Shown: positions 1 to 9,404 of the stretch, piece after piece
How the letters are laid out: the number at the start of each line of letters is the position of its first letter
How positions within the stretch are numbered: position 1 is the stretch's first letter
From: Candidatus Stammera capleta
GTDB taxonomy: Bacteria; Pseudomonadota; Gammaproteobacteria; Enterobacterales; Enterobacteriaceae
DNA length: 64,000 bases
Direction of reading: 5' to 3'
Assembly: GCA_015134375.1 (NCBI GenBank)
Contig: CP043980.1
Span: 96,384 to 160,383, forward strand
The notes under the pieces: generated by a model
Seen by the model: only the letters and a program-made list of their open reading frames with translations
Databases searched by the model: none
Told to the model about the DNA's origin: nothing
Position numbers and translations under genes: made by a program

Positions 1-1123
1 AGATTTTGTTGAAATGTTTGTAGGAGTAGGTGCATCAAGAGTAAGAAACATGTTTAAAGAAGCTAAAAAAAAATCACCTTGTATAATATTTATAGATGAA
101 ATAGATGCTGTAGGAAGAAAAAGAAGTATAGGAATAAGTGGAGGACATGATGAAAGAGAACAAACTTTAAATCAAATATTAGTTGAAATGGATGGATTTA
201 ATACTAAACAAACAATAATAATAATAGCCGCAACAAATAGACCAGATGTTTTAGATCCAGCATTATTAAGATCAGGAAGATTTGACAGAAGAGTAAATAT
301 AGATTTACCTGATATAAAAGGAAGAAAAGAAATTATTAAAATTCATTTAAAAAAAAAACCTATAAAAAATATTAACATAGATATAATTGCAAAAACAACT
401 CCAGGATTTTCAGGAGCAGATTTAGCTAATTTAATTAATGAATCAGCTTTAATATCTGCACAAAAAAATTTAAAAAAAATATCTATGAAAGAAATAGAAA
501 AAGCTAAAGATAAAATAATAATGGGAGTAAAAAAAAAATCTTTAATAATTACAAAAAAACAAAAAGAATCTATAGCATATCATGAATCAGGACATACAAT
601 AATAGGAAAATTATTACCAGAAAATGATCCAATACATAAAGTAACAATAATACCTAGAGGACAATCATTAGGAACAACATATTTTATTCCAGAAAACGAT
701 AATATTTTAACAAATAAAATTAAATTAGAAACTAAAATATCAACATTATATGGAGGTAGGATAGCAGAAGAAATAATATATGGAAAAGAATATATATCTA
801 CAGGATCTAGTAATGATATTAAAATAGCAACATTAATAGCTAAAAATATGGTAACAAAATGAGGATATTCAAAAAAAATAGGTCCATTATTATATAATAA
901 TGATGAAGAAAATGAAAATATAAATAATATATATAATAAAAATTATTCTGAATATATTCAAAAAAATATAGATATAGAAATAAGAAATATAATATATAAA
1001 AATTATAAAATAGCAAAAAAAATATTAAAAAAAAATATAAATATATTACATAAAATGAAAAATAAATTAATTAAATATGAAACTTTAAATAATAAAGAAA
1101 TTAATAAAATAATATTTGATTAA
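1..1123 (+). CDS. ftsH: ATP-dependent zinc metalloprotease FtsH, C-terminal part (5' end outside window)
   Basis: The frame from nt 2 reads [27 protein letters not shown] (Walker B), [21 protein letters not shown] (SRH) and AYHESGHT (HEXXH). Track ORF 14..862 continues in frame through TGA 860-862 (Trp) to TAA 1121-1123. Confidence 0.95.
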
Positions 1124-1176
1124 AAAAAAATATAAATATAAAATAAATATAATTATAATAAAATTAATTAAAAAAA

Positions 1177-1407
1177 ATGTATATTTTATTTATAACAACA
1201 TTTTTTATTATTTCAATATCCTTAATTATATTAATAATAATATCACCTAGTAAAAATAATATAATAGAATCTTCAAAAAATATAAATATAAATAATACAA
1301 ATTTAATATTTATAAAAAAAACACTAAATCATATAATAATAATTTTATCAACATTATTTTTTTTAATTTCAATAATATTAAATAAAATTAATAATAAAAA
1401 AAAATAA
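1177..1407 (+). CDS. secG: preprotein translocase subunit SecG
   Basis: A 76-aa hydrophobic protein. Its C-terminus LSTLFFLISIILNKINNKKK resembles the E. coli SecG end (..ATLFFIISLVLGNINSNK). It lies directly upstream of tRNA-Leu(GAG), as in E. coli secG-leuU. Confidence 0.75.
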   Translation: MYILFITTFFIISISLIILIIISPSKNNIIESSKNININNTNLIFIKKTLNHIIIILSTLFFLISIILNKINNKKK

Positions 1408-1431
1408 AAATAATAATATAAAAAATAATAA

Positions 1432-1515
1432 ACCGGGATGGTGAAATAGGTAAACACACTACTTTGAGGAAGTAGCTTCTTAATGAAATTACGGGTTCAA
1501 ATCCCGTTCCCGGGA
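1432..1515 (+). tRNA. tRNA-Leu (anticodon GAG)
   Basis: Cloverleaf: acceptor CCGGGA/TCCCGG, anticodon stem CTACT/AGTAG with loop TTGAGGA, long variable arm, T-arm ACGGG-TTCAAAT-CCCGT. No encoded CCA. It resembles E. coli leuU. The 5' end is uncertain by 1 nt (A1-G72 mismatch). Confidence 0.85.
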
Positions 1516-1640
1516 TTAATTATATTTTTAAAAATTAAAATAAAATATAAAAATTTATATATTTTTATTTAAAATACATTAATATAAAAATAAAAAATAA
1601 TATTTTTTATTTTAATATAAAAAAGATAAATTTTAAAAAT

Positions 1641-2669
1641 ATGAATAAAGAAATAATAGAAGTAACTGAAGCAGTATCTAATGAAAAATCATTACCTAAA
1701 GAAAAAATATTCAAAGCATTAGAAATAGCAATAGAAACAGCAATAAAAAAAAAATATAATAAAGAAATAAATATTAAAGTTTATATAAATAGAAAAAATG
1801 GAAGATTTAATATATATAGAAAATGAACAATAGTTAAAAAAGTTAAAAATTACAACAAAGAAATAAATATAAAAAAAATAAAAAAAAAAAACCTAAAAAT
1901 AGGAGATTATATTAAAAAAAAAATAAAATTAATAAAATTTGATAGAATAGCTACTCAAACAGCAAAACAAGTCATAATTCAAAAAATGAAAGAAGCTGAA
2001 AAACAAATGATATTAAAAAAAATAAAAAAAAAAAAAGGTAAAATAATATCAGGATTTATAAAAAAAATAAAAAAAAATTATATTACCATAGATATAGGTT
2101 ATAATTTAGAAGCTATTTTATTAAAAAAAGATATGATTATAAAAGAAAAATTTAAAATAGGAAAAAAAATAACAGGATTAATATATAAATTTAATCAAAA
2201 AAAAAATGAATACCAAATACTAATTACTAGATCTAAAAATAACATATTAATTGAATTATTAAAAAAAGAAATACCAGAAATTAAAAAAAAAATAATAAAA
2301 ATAAAATCAATATCTAGATACCCAGGATATAGATCAAAAATAGCTGTTAAAACTAAAGATAAAAGAATAGATCCTATTGGTGCTTGTATAGGAATAAAAG
2401 GATTAAGAATAAAAAAAATATCTAAAGAATTATGCGGAGAAAAAATAGATATAATATTATGAAATAAAAATCCTAAAAAATTTATAATAAATTCAATGTT
2501 ACCAGCTAAAATTATAAAAATATCATTAAAAAAATTAAAAAAAACTGTAAAAATAAAAGTTAAAAATATAGCAAATGCAATAGGAAAAAAAGGAAAAAAC
2601 ATAAAATTAGCATCAAAATTAACAGGATGAAACATAAATATAACAAACAATATAAAAAAAAAAAAATAA
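1641..2669 (+). CDS. nusA: transcription termination/antitermination factor NusA (short form, about 342 aa)
   Basis: N-terminus [34 protein letters not shown] and KH region [22 protein letters not shown]. The track pieces 1641..1826 and 1986..2462 share one frame and are joined through TGA at 1824-1826, 2460-2462 and 2628-2630. The gene ends at TAA 2667-2669. No rimP or initiator tRNA lies upstream. Confidence 0.9.
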
Positions 2670-2683
2670 ATATATAAATATAT

Positions 2684-4378
2684 ATGTATAAAAAAAATAA
2701 AAACAGAAAATTTAAAAATATAATCTTTAAAAAAAAAATAAATAAAAAAAAAATAAATTTAAAAAAAAATAATAAAATAAAAAAAAAATATAAGAAAAAA
2801 AAAATACAAAAGATAAAAAAAATAAAAAATAAAAAAAATATAAAAATAAAATATAAAAATTTAAAAAAAAAATTAATAATTAAAATCAAAAAAAATAAAA
2901 AAAAAACAAGACCACCAATAATTACAATTATGGGACATGTAAATCATGGAAAAACATCACTAGTAGACTGTATTAGAAAATCAAAAAAAAAAATAATTAA
3001 TAACGAAGAAGGAAATATAACACAAAATATAAATTCATATAATATAAAAACTAAATTAGGTAAATTAACAATATTAGATACACCTGGACATTCAACTTTT
3101 ATAAATATGAGAAAAAGAGGTATAAATATATCTGATATAATAATATTAGTAATAGCTATAGATGATGGAATAATGCCTCAAACAAAAGAAATAATAAAAT
3201 ATTCAAAAAAATATAATATACCTACAATAATATCATTAAATAAAATAGATAAAACTAATTATTTAAATAATATAAAAAATATAAAAAAAAAATTAAAAAA
3301 ATACAATAATAAATATAAATTTGTAAAAATATCTACAAAAAATAAAAAAGGAATAAACAATTTAATAAAAAAAATATTTAAAATATCAAAAAAACTAAAA
3401 TTAAAAACATATACAGATATAATGGCTTCAGGAATAATAATAGATTCAAGTATAAATAAAAATATTGGACCAACAGCTAAAATTTTAATTAAAAAAGGCA
3501 TATTAAAACAAGGAGATATTTTATTATGTGATGAAATATATGGAAAAATAAAATCTATATATAATGACAAAAACAAAATAATAAAAAAAGCTAAAACTTC
3601 TATGTCTGTAGAAATATCAGGAATATCTAATATTGCCAAATTAGGTAAAAAATTTATTACTAATAATAATATAAAATTATCAAAAAAAATAGCAAACTTA
3701 AAAAAAATAATAAATAAAGAAAAAAAACTTAAAAAAAAAAAAAATATATATAAAAAAAATATTTTTAATACAAAAAAATGTAATAAAATAAATATAATAA
3801 TAAAAACAAACTCATTAAGTATAATAAAAACAATAAAATATTTTATAAAAAAAAATATATCAAAAAAAATAAATATTATTTATTATAATATAGGCAATAT
3901 AAATAAAAATGATTTAATAACTGCTAAAAATACAAATTCATCAATATTTATATTTAACGAAAAAAAAAAATATAATTATAATTATAATAATATAAAAAAT
4001 AATTATAAATATAATAATATTAAAATATATCATTTTAATTTAATTTATAAATTAATAGAAAAATTTAAAAAAATATATAACAAAAAATTTAAAAAAAATA
4101 TAGAAAAAAAAATAATAGGAAAATCAATAGTACATAATATATTTAAAATATCAAAAAAAAATATAATAGCAGGATGTAAAATAATATTAGGAAATATAAA
4201 TATAAAAAATAAAATAAAAATAATAAGAAAAAAAATAACAATATATAAAGGATATATTAAATCAATTAAAAGATTTAAAAATAAAATAAATATAGCAAAT
4301 AAAAATACAGAATGTGGAATACAAATAAAAAACTTTAACAATATAAAAATAGGAGATAAAATAATATCAATTAAATAA
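2684..4378 (+). CDS. infB: translation initiation factor IF-2
   Basis: G domain GHVNHGKTSLVD, DTPGH, NKID. The N-terminal ~70 aa are almost pure Lys/Asn/Ile low complexity. It follows nusA. Confidence 0.9.
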   Translation: MYKKNKNRKFKNIIFKKKINKKKINLKKNNKIKKKYKKKKIQKIKKIKNKKNIKIKYKNLKKKLIIKIKKNKKKTRPPIITIMGHVNHGKTSLVDCIRKSKKKIINNEEGNITQNINSYNIKTKLGKLTILDTPGHSTFINMRKRGINISDIIILVIAIDDGIMPQTKEIIKYSKKYNIPTIISLNKIDKTNYLNNIKNIKKKLKKYNNKYKFVKISTKNKKGINNLIKKIFKISKKLKLKTYTDIMASGIIIDSSINKNIGPTAKILIKKGILKQGDILLCDEIYGKIKSIYNDKNKIIKKAKTSMSVEISGISNIAKLGKKFITNNNIKLSKKIANLKKIINKEKKLKKKKNIYKKNIFNTKKCNKINIIIKTNSLSIIKTIKYFIKKNISKKINIIYYNIGNINKNDLITAKNTNSSIFIFNEKKKYNYNYNNIKNNYKYNNIKIYHFNLIYKLIEKFKKIYNKKFKKNIEKKIIGKSIVHNIFKISKKNIIAGCKIILGNINIKNKIKIIRKKITIYKGYIKSIKRFKNKINIANKNTECGIQIKNFNNIKIGDKIISIK

Positions 4379-4380
4379 AA

Positions 4381-4728
4381 ATGAAAAAAAATATAAAACT
4401 TAATAAAATAAAAAACGAAATACAAAAAAAAATAATTTTTATAATAAATAAAAAATTAAATTATATTTTTAAAAAAAATATAATTAATATAAATCATATA
4501 GAATTAAATAAAAATTATAAATTTATAAAAATATATATTAATACAAATAAAAAAAAAAAAAAAGAAAAAAAAATAATAAATATATTACAAAAAAAAGAAA
4601 AATATATAATAAAAATATTAAAAAAAATAACATATTTAAAATATATACCAAAAATTTTATTTAAAAAAGATAAATTTTATAAAAAAAATAAAAAATTATT
4701 TAATTTATTAAACAAAATAAATAAATAA
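4381..4728 (+). CDS. rbfA: ribosome-binding factor A
   Basis: A 115-aa ORF between infB and truB. The segment INHIELNKNYKFIKIYINT is comparable to E. coli RbfA ..VEMSRDLAYAKVYVTF. The call rests mainly on conserved position. Confidence 0.7.
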   Translation: MKKNIKLNKIKNEIQKKIIFIINKKLNYIFKKNIININHIELNKNYKFIKIYINTNKKKKKEKKIINILQKKEKYIIKILKKITYLKYIPKILFKKDKFYKKNKKLFNLLNKINK

Positions 4729-4729
4729 A

Positions 4730-5455
4730 ATGAAAAAAAAAAAAATAAATGGATTATTAATATTCAATAAACCTTCCGGAATAACATCTAATGATGCATT
4801 AAATAAAATAAAAAAAATATTTAAAAATAAAAATAAAACAGGTTTTATAGGGACATTAGATCCACTTTGTTCAGGAATATTATTAATATGTTTTGGAAAA
4901 ACAACTAAATTATTTAAATATATAATAAAAGAAAAAAAAACATATTTAGTAACAGCATTATTAGGAATAAAAACTAATACATACGATTCATATGGATATA
5001 TAACTAAAAAAAAAAAAGTTAAATATAATAAAAAAAAATTAATTAAAATAATAAAAAAATATATAGGAAAAATAAAACAAAAAATACCTATATATTCATC
5101 ATGTAAATATAAAAATAAACCTCTATATAAATATGCTATTAAAGGTATAAAAATTATAAAATTTAATAAAATTAAAATATATAAAATAAAAATATTATCT
5201 ATAAAAAAAAATATATTAAAATTAAAAATAAAATGTTCTAAAGGAACATATATAAGAAATATAATAAATCAAATAGGAAAAAAAATAAAAACATATGCAC
5301 ATATAATATCATTAAAAAGAACAAAAATAGGAAAATTTTATATAAAAAATTCATATAAATTAAAAAATTTAATTTACAATAAAAAAAAATATAAATATAT
5401 AATAAAACATAAAATATTAATAAATAAATATAAAAACAAAATATGAAAAAATTAG
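4730..5455 (+). CDS. truB: tRNA pseudouridine-55 synthase TruB
   Basis: NKPSGITSND..GFIGTLDPLCSGILLICFGKTTK (catalytic Asp motif). The track ORF stops at TGA 5444-5446. Under code 4 it runs 3 more codons to TAG 5453-5455 and overlaps gpmA. Confidence 0.85.
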
Positions 5456-6150
5456 TAATTATAAGACATGGTGAAAGTATTTGAAATAAAAAAAATATAT
5501 TTACTGGATGAAGAGATATTAAGTTATCAAAAAAAGGAATAAAAGAGGCTAGAAAAGTAGGAAAAATACTTAAAAAAAAAAAATTTAATTTTGATATAGC
5601 ATACACATCTCTATTAAATAGAGCTATACATACTACATGAGAAATATTATATAAACTAAACTTAATTTGAATAAAAATAAAAAAAACATGACATTTAAAT
5701 GAAAGACATTATGGAAAATTACAAGGATGTAAAAAAAATGAAATATTAAAAAAATATGGCAAAAAAAAATTTCAAGAATGAAGAAGAAGTTATAAAATAA
5801 ATCCACCTAAAATAAATAAAAATGATAAATGATTTCCAGGAAAAGAAAAAAAATATTTAAATATAAAAAAATATAAAATACCTAAAGGAGAAAGTTTGTT
5901 AGATACTTACAATAGAGTAATACCTTATTTTAAAAAAAAAATATATAAAAATATTATAAAAAAAAAAAAAATATTAATTGTAGCACATGGAAATTCAATT
6001 AGAGCTTTAATGAAATATATAGAAAATATATCAGATAATAATATTGAAAATTATGAAATTGATACTACTGTTCCTTTAATATACGAATATAATATAAACT
6101 ATAATAATAATAAAATAAATATAATAAATAAATATTATTTAAAAAAATAA
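5443..6150 (+). CDS. gpmA: 2,3-bisphosphoglycerate-dependent phosphoglycerate mutase
   Basis: [46 protein letters not shown] are all GpmA hallmarks. Several Trp positions are encoded by TGA (e.g. 5482-5484). Track ORF 5896..6150 is its in-frame 3' piece. Confidence 0.9.
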
Positions 6151-6159
6151 TAAATAATA

Positions 6160-6231
6160 TGGCCCCTATTGGATTCGAACCAACGACCAAGCGATTATGA
6201 GTCGCCTGCTCTACCACTGAGCTAAAGGGCC
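6160..6231 (-). tRNA. tRNA with anticodon CAU, most like tRNA-Ile2 (lysidine type, ileX-like)
   Basis: The reverse complement reads GGCCCTTTAGCTCAGTGGTAGAGCAGGCGACTCATAATCGCTTGGTCGTTGGTTCGAATCCAATAGGGGCCA. The body is almost the same as E. coli ileX as I remember it. tilS is present in the window. No encoded CCA. Confidence 0.75.
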
Positions 6232-6288
6232 ATTAAATTTTAATAATATCAAAAATAAAATATAAAAACAACATAAAAATAAAAATCT

Positions 6289-6930
6289 TTATTTTTTTTT
6301 ATATTTTAAAACTTTAACCATAGCAGGTCTTAATAATCTATCATTAATTAAATAACCATCTTGTAAAATTTCTAATATATTATTATCTTTGTTTTTATCT
6401 TTAGTATCCACTATAGAAATAGCTTGATGATAATTAGGATCAAATATTTTTAAATTATTCAAAGGAATTATACCAAACTTTTTTAATATACATAAAAAAT
6501 TTTTTAATGTTAAAACTAATCCTTTATAATTAATTTTATTAATTGATAATTTATTTTTTATAGAACATTTTAAACTATCTAATATTACTAATAATTCTTT
6601 TGAAAAATTTTCTAAAGAATATTTATATACTTTATTAATATTAATTTCATTTAATTTATGTATATTTTCTAAATTAGCTTTATAACGTAAATTTAAATCA
6701 TCTTGATTTTTTTTTAAATTTAATAAATTTTTATTTAAATTTTTAATAATTTTATTTTTTTTTTTTACTTTTTTTTTTAAACAAATAATATTTTTATTTA
6801 AATTATTAATAATATTATTATCACAACAAAAATTATATTTTTTTAAATTACAAATATTATTATCATCATTTTTATTAAAATTATTATTTTTTATATCAAT
6901 ATTTTTTTTATAATATTTTTTATTACACAT
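6289..6930 (-). CDS. grpE: nucleotide exchange factor GrpE
   Basis: C-terminal half ..FDPNYHQAISIVDTKDK..ILEILQDGYLINDRLLRPAMVKV is typical GrpE. The N-terminal coiled-coil region is low complexity. Confidence 0.85.
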   Translation of the reverse strand: MCNKKYYKKNIDIKNNNFNKNDDNNICNLKKYNFCCDNNIINNLNKNIICLKKKVKKKNKIIKNLNKNLLNLKKNQDDLNLRYKANLENIHKLNEININKVYKYSLENFSKELLVILDSLKCSIKNKLSINKINYKGLVLTLKNFLCILKKFGIIPLNNLKIFDPNYHQAISIVDTKDKNKDNNILEILQDGYLINDRLLRPAMVKVLKYKKK

Positions 6931-7066
6931 AATTATCCTTAATAAAATTTTTATAAATAAAATCTAATTAAAATAAAATTATATAATTAAATTATATAAT
7001 AATACAAATATAAAATAAATTATATAAAATAATAATAAATAAAAAAAATTATAAAAAAAATATAAT

Positions 7067-7489
7067 ATGAAAAAAATAATATATAATAAATTAATAAAAA
7101 AAAATTATATAATAAAAAAAAAATTTAAAGCTGGTTTAATTCTAAAAGGATGAGAAGTAAAATCAATTTTTAATAAAAAAATAGAAATAAAAAATAGTTA
7201 TATAAAAATAATTAATAAAAAAGAAATATTTTTAATAAATTTAAATATTAATCCTATAAATAATATAAATAAAAATTTAATAAAAAAAAAAAATAGAAAT
7301 ATAAAATTATTATTAAAAAAAAAAGAAATAAATTATTTATATAAAAAATCAAATATAAAAGGGAATACAATAATAATATTTTCAATAATAATAAAAAAAC
7401 CATGATTTAAAACTATAATAGCTTTATGTAAAGGTAAAAAAAAATATGATAAAAGAGAAAAAATAAAATATAAATTATGAAAAAAATAA
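7067..7489 (+). CDS. smpB: SsrA-binding protein SmpB
   Basis: Not in the ORF track because it is broken by three TGA codons. With TGA=Trp it translates as MKKIIYNKLIKKNYIIKKKFKAGLILKGWEVKSIF..KLLLKKKEINYL..GNTIIIFSIIIKKPWFKTIIALCKGKKKYDKREKIKYKLWKK. It lies immediately upstream of tmRNA. Confidence 0.85.
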
Positions 7490-7567
7490 AAAAAAATATT
7501 ATAAAAAATATTGACTTTAAATAAAACTAAAATAAAATATAATTATAATATAAATTTTAAAAAAAAA

Positions 7568-7924
7568 GGGGTTGTATAGGATTTGACAAAATATATAAAT
7601 TCTAATGTGCATGTCGAGGTAACGATAGGCCGCGTTAAAAATCGTAATTTTTAATTGCAAATAATAATAAAAATTATGCTTTAGCAGCCTAAAAACTGTA
7701 AAAGCCATTTTTATGTATATTTTTTCTCTTTATAAACATAAAAATGTTATACAAAAGAGAATAAATTATAGAGGCTTATATCTATAATCATATATAAAAA
7801 AAATAAGCTAAGTTATTTATAATTTTTTTTATTTATAATAAATAATTAAAACAAAAATAAAATAAACATGTAGTAACAAAAGAATGAATTATTTTGGAAG
7901 CGGGTTCGAATCCCGCCAACTCCA
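7568..7924 (+). ncRNA. ssrA: tmRNA (ssrA), one-piece
   Basis: 5' GGGGTTGTATAGGATTTGAC.. and 3' ..GGAAGCGGGTTCGAATCCCGCCAACTCCA form a tRNA-Ala-like domain with G3-U70. The tag ORF starts at resume codon GCA 7657 and ends at TAA 7690-7692, encoding ANNNKNYALAA. Blocks homologous to E. coli ssrA are present (TGTGCATGTCGAGG, GGCCGCGTTAAAAA). No encoded CCA. Confidence 0.9.
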
Positions 7925-7933
7925 TAAAATTAT

Positions 7934-8005
7934 AGGTGATTAACTCAGTGGTAGAGTTTCTCTTTTACAAGGAGAATGTCGATGGTTCAATTCCATCATC
8001 ACCTA
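7934..8005 (+). tRNA. tRNA-Val (anticodon UAC)
   Basis: Acceptor AGGTGAT/ATCACCT, anticodon loop TTTACAA, T-arm GATGG-TTCAATT-CCATC. It is close to E. coli tRNA-Val(UAC). The 3' end overlaps the deaD stop codon by 3 nt. Confidence 0.85.
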
Positions 8006-9352
8006 TTTTTTTTCTTTAACTAAAAATCTTAAATCATTAAAAGATAATTTAGAGAAATTTTTTTCATAAAAATAAATTAAAAAAGATAAAGTAATTTCAA
8101 ATAAATCCTTTTTAGATAAAATTTTAATTTTATTTAAAAAATTTTTATAAAAATTAATAAATTTAATATTTTTATTTAAATTTAAATCAATTAACAAAAT
8201 TATTTTTTTTAATCTAAAATTTATAAGATCATTAAAATTTGGAATTTTAATATAATTTATACTATATAATTTTTTTATTTTATATAAAAATTTTATATTT
8301 TTTCTATCTAAAAACAATATTGTTTTACCTATTTTTCCAGCTCTACCAGTTCTACCTATTCTATGTATATAAACATTTAAATCATAAGGAATATTATAAT
8401 TTATTATTAAATCTATATCATTAATATCTAAACCTCTAGAAGCTATATCTGTAGCAATTAATATATTTATTATACCATTTCTAAAATTCAATATTATTTT
8501 TTCTCTTAAATATTGATTCATATCTCCATTTAATGGAGAAGAATTATATCCTTTTTTTTCCAATAAAGATGATAACTTTAAACAACAATTTTTAGTTTTA
8601 ACAAAAATTATTAATCTTTTAAAAATTTCAATTTCTAAAAACTTTAATAAACAATCAATTTTATTATTTTCATTAATTAAACAATAATATTGTTTGATAT
8701 TTAAATTAACATCATTTATAATAATTTCAATTGGATTATTCATTATATTATTAATAATTCTTTTAATAGAAAAAGGCATAGTAGCTGAAAATAATGCAGT
8801 TTGATGATTACTTTTAATCATTGAAATAATACTTTTAACATCTTTTATAAAACCCATATGTAACATTTCATCAGCTTCATCTATTACTAATATATTAATA
8901 TTATTTATAAACAAAGTTTTTCTATTTAAATGATCTAATAATCTACCTGGAGTAGCAATTATAATATTAGGAAATTTTTTTAAATTAAAAAATTGAATAT
9001 TATAATTTTGACCACCATATAAAGGTAATATTTTAATATTAATAAAATATTTAGAAAATAATTTAAAAAAATTAGAAATTTGTATTACTAATTCTCTTGT
9101 AGGTGATAAAACTAAAACTTGCAAATTATTATTATTTTTAATAACATTTAATATAGGTATAACAAAAGCTGCAGTTTTACCACTACCCGTTTTAGCTATA
9201 GCTAAAACATCTTTTCCTTTTAAAAATAAAGGAATACATTTATATTGTATTTTTGTAGGATTTGAATATCCTAATTCATAAATAACTTTTAATAATTTAT
9301 CTTTTAAACCAAAATTATTAAAATTAATCTTATTATTAAAAATATTATCCAT
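8003..9352 (-). CDS. deaD: DEAD-box ATP-dependent RNA helicase (DeaD/CsdA-like)
   Basis: Q motif GYSNPTKIQYKCIP, AKTGSGKTAAF, VIDEADEM, SAT, HRIGRTGRAG. The N-terminus aligns best with E. coli DeaD, and the gene sits next to pnp as in E. coli. Stop codon is TAG. Confidence 0.85.
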   Translation of the reverse strand: MDNIFNNKINFNNFGLKDKLLKVIYELGYSNPTKIQYKCIPLFLKGKDVLAIAKTGSGKTAAFVIPILNVIKNNNNLQVLVLSPTRELVIQISNFFKLFSKYFINIKILPLYGGQNYNIQFFNLKKFPNIIIATPGRLLDHLNRKTLFINNINILVIDEADEMLHMGFIKDVKSIISMIKSNHQTALFSATMPFSIKRIINNIMNNPIEIIINDVNLNIKQYYCLINENNKIDCLLKFLEIEIFKRLIIFVKTKNCCLKLSSLLEKKGYNSSPLNGDMNQYLREKIILNFRNGIINILIATDIASRGLDINDIDLIINYNIPYDLNVYIHRIGRTGRAGKIGKTILFLDRKNIKFLYKIKKLYSINYIKIPNFNDLINFRLKKIILLIDLNLNKNIKFINFYKNFLNKIKILSKKDLFEITLSFLIYFYEKNFSKLSFNDLRFLVKEKK

Positions 9353-9404
9353 ATATTTAATTCCATAAAAAAAATATATATTAAAATTATATATACAATT
9401 TTAA

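Noticed and set aside
2195-4425. Track ORFs 2195..2650(-), 2560..2889(-), 3259..3639(-) and 4045..4425(-) encode Phe/Ile/Leu-rich 'proteins'.
   Set aside because: They are antisense shadows of the Lys/Asn-rich nusA and infB genes: AAA/AAT codons read as TTT/ATT on the other strand. They show no motifs and overlap well-supported genes completely.
5238-5606. Track ORF 5238..5606(-), 122 aa.
   Set aside because: It is antisense to the truB 3' end and the gpmA 5' end, both of which have clear homology. It has the same low-complexity F/L/I shadow pattern.
7511-7549. TTGACT (7511-7516) followed by TAAAAT or TATAAT-like hexamers upstream of ssrA, as a possible promoter.
   Set aside because: The spacing to a good -10 is ambiguous: 16 nt to TAAAAT, while TATAAT at 7544 has no -35. 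Such hexamers are expected by chance at this AT content. The evidence is too weak to list as a feature.
7517-7708. Track ORF 7517..7708(-), 63 aa.
   Set aside because: It lies on the opposite strand of the tmRNA gene, whose 5'/3' tRNA-like domain and tag reading frame are unambiguous.
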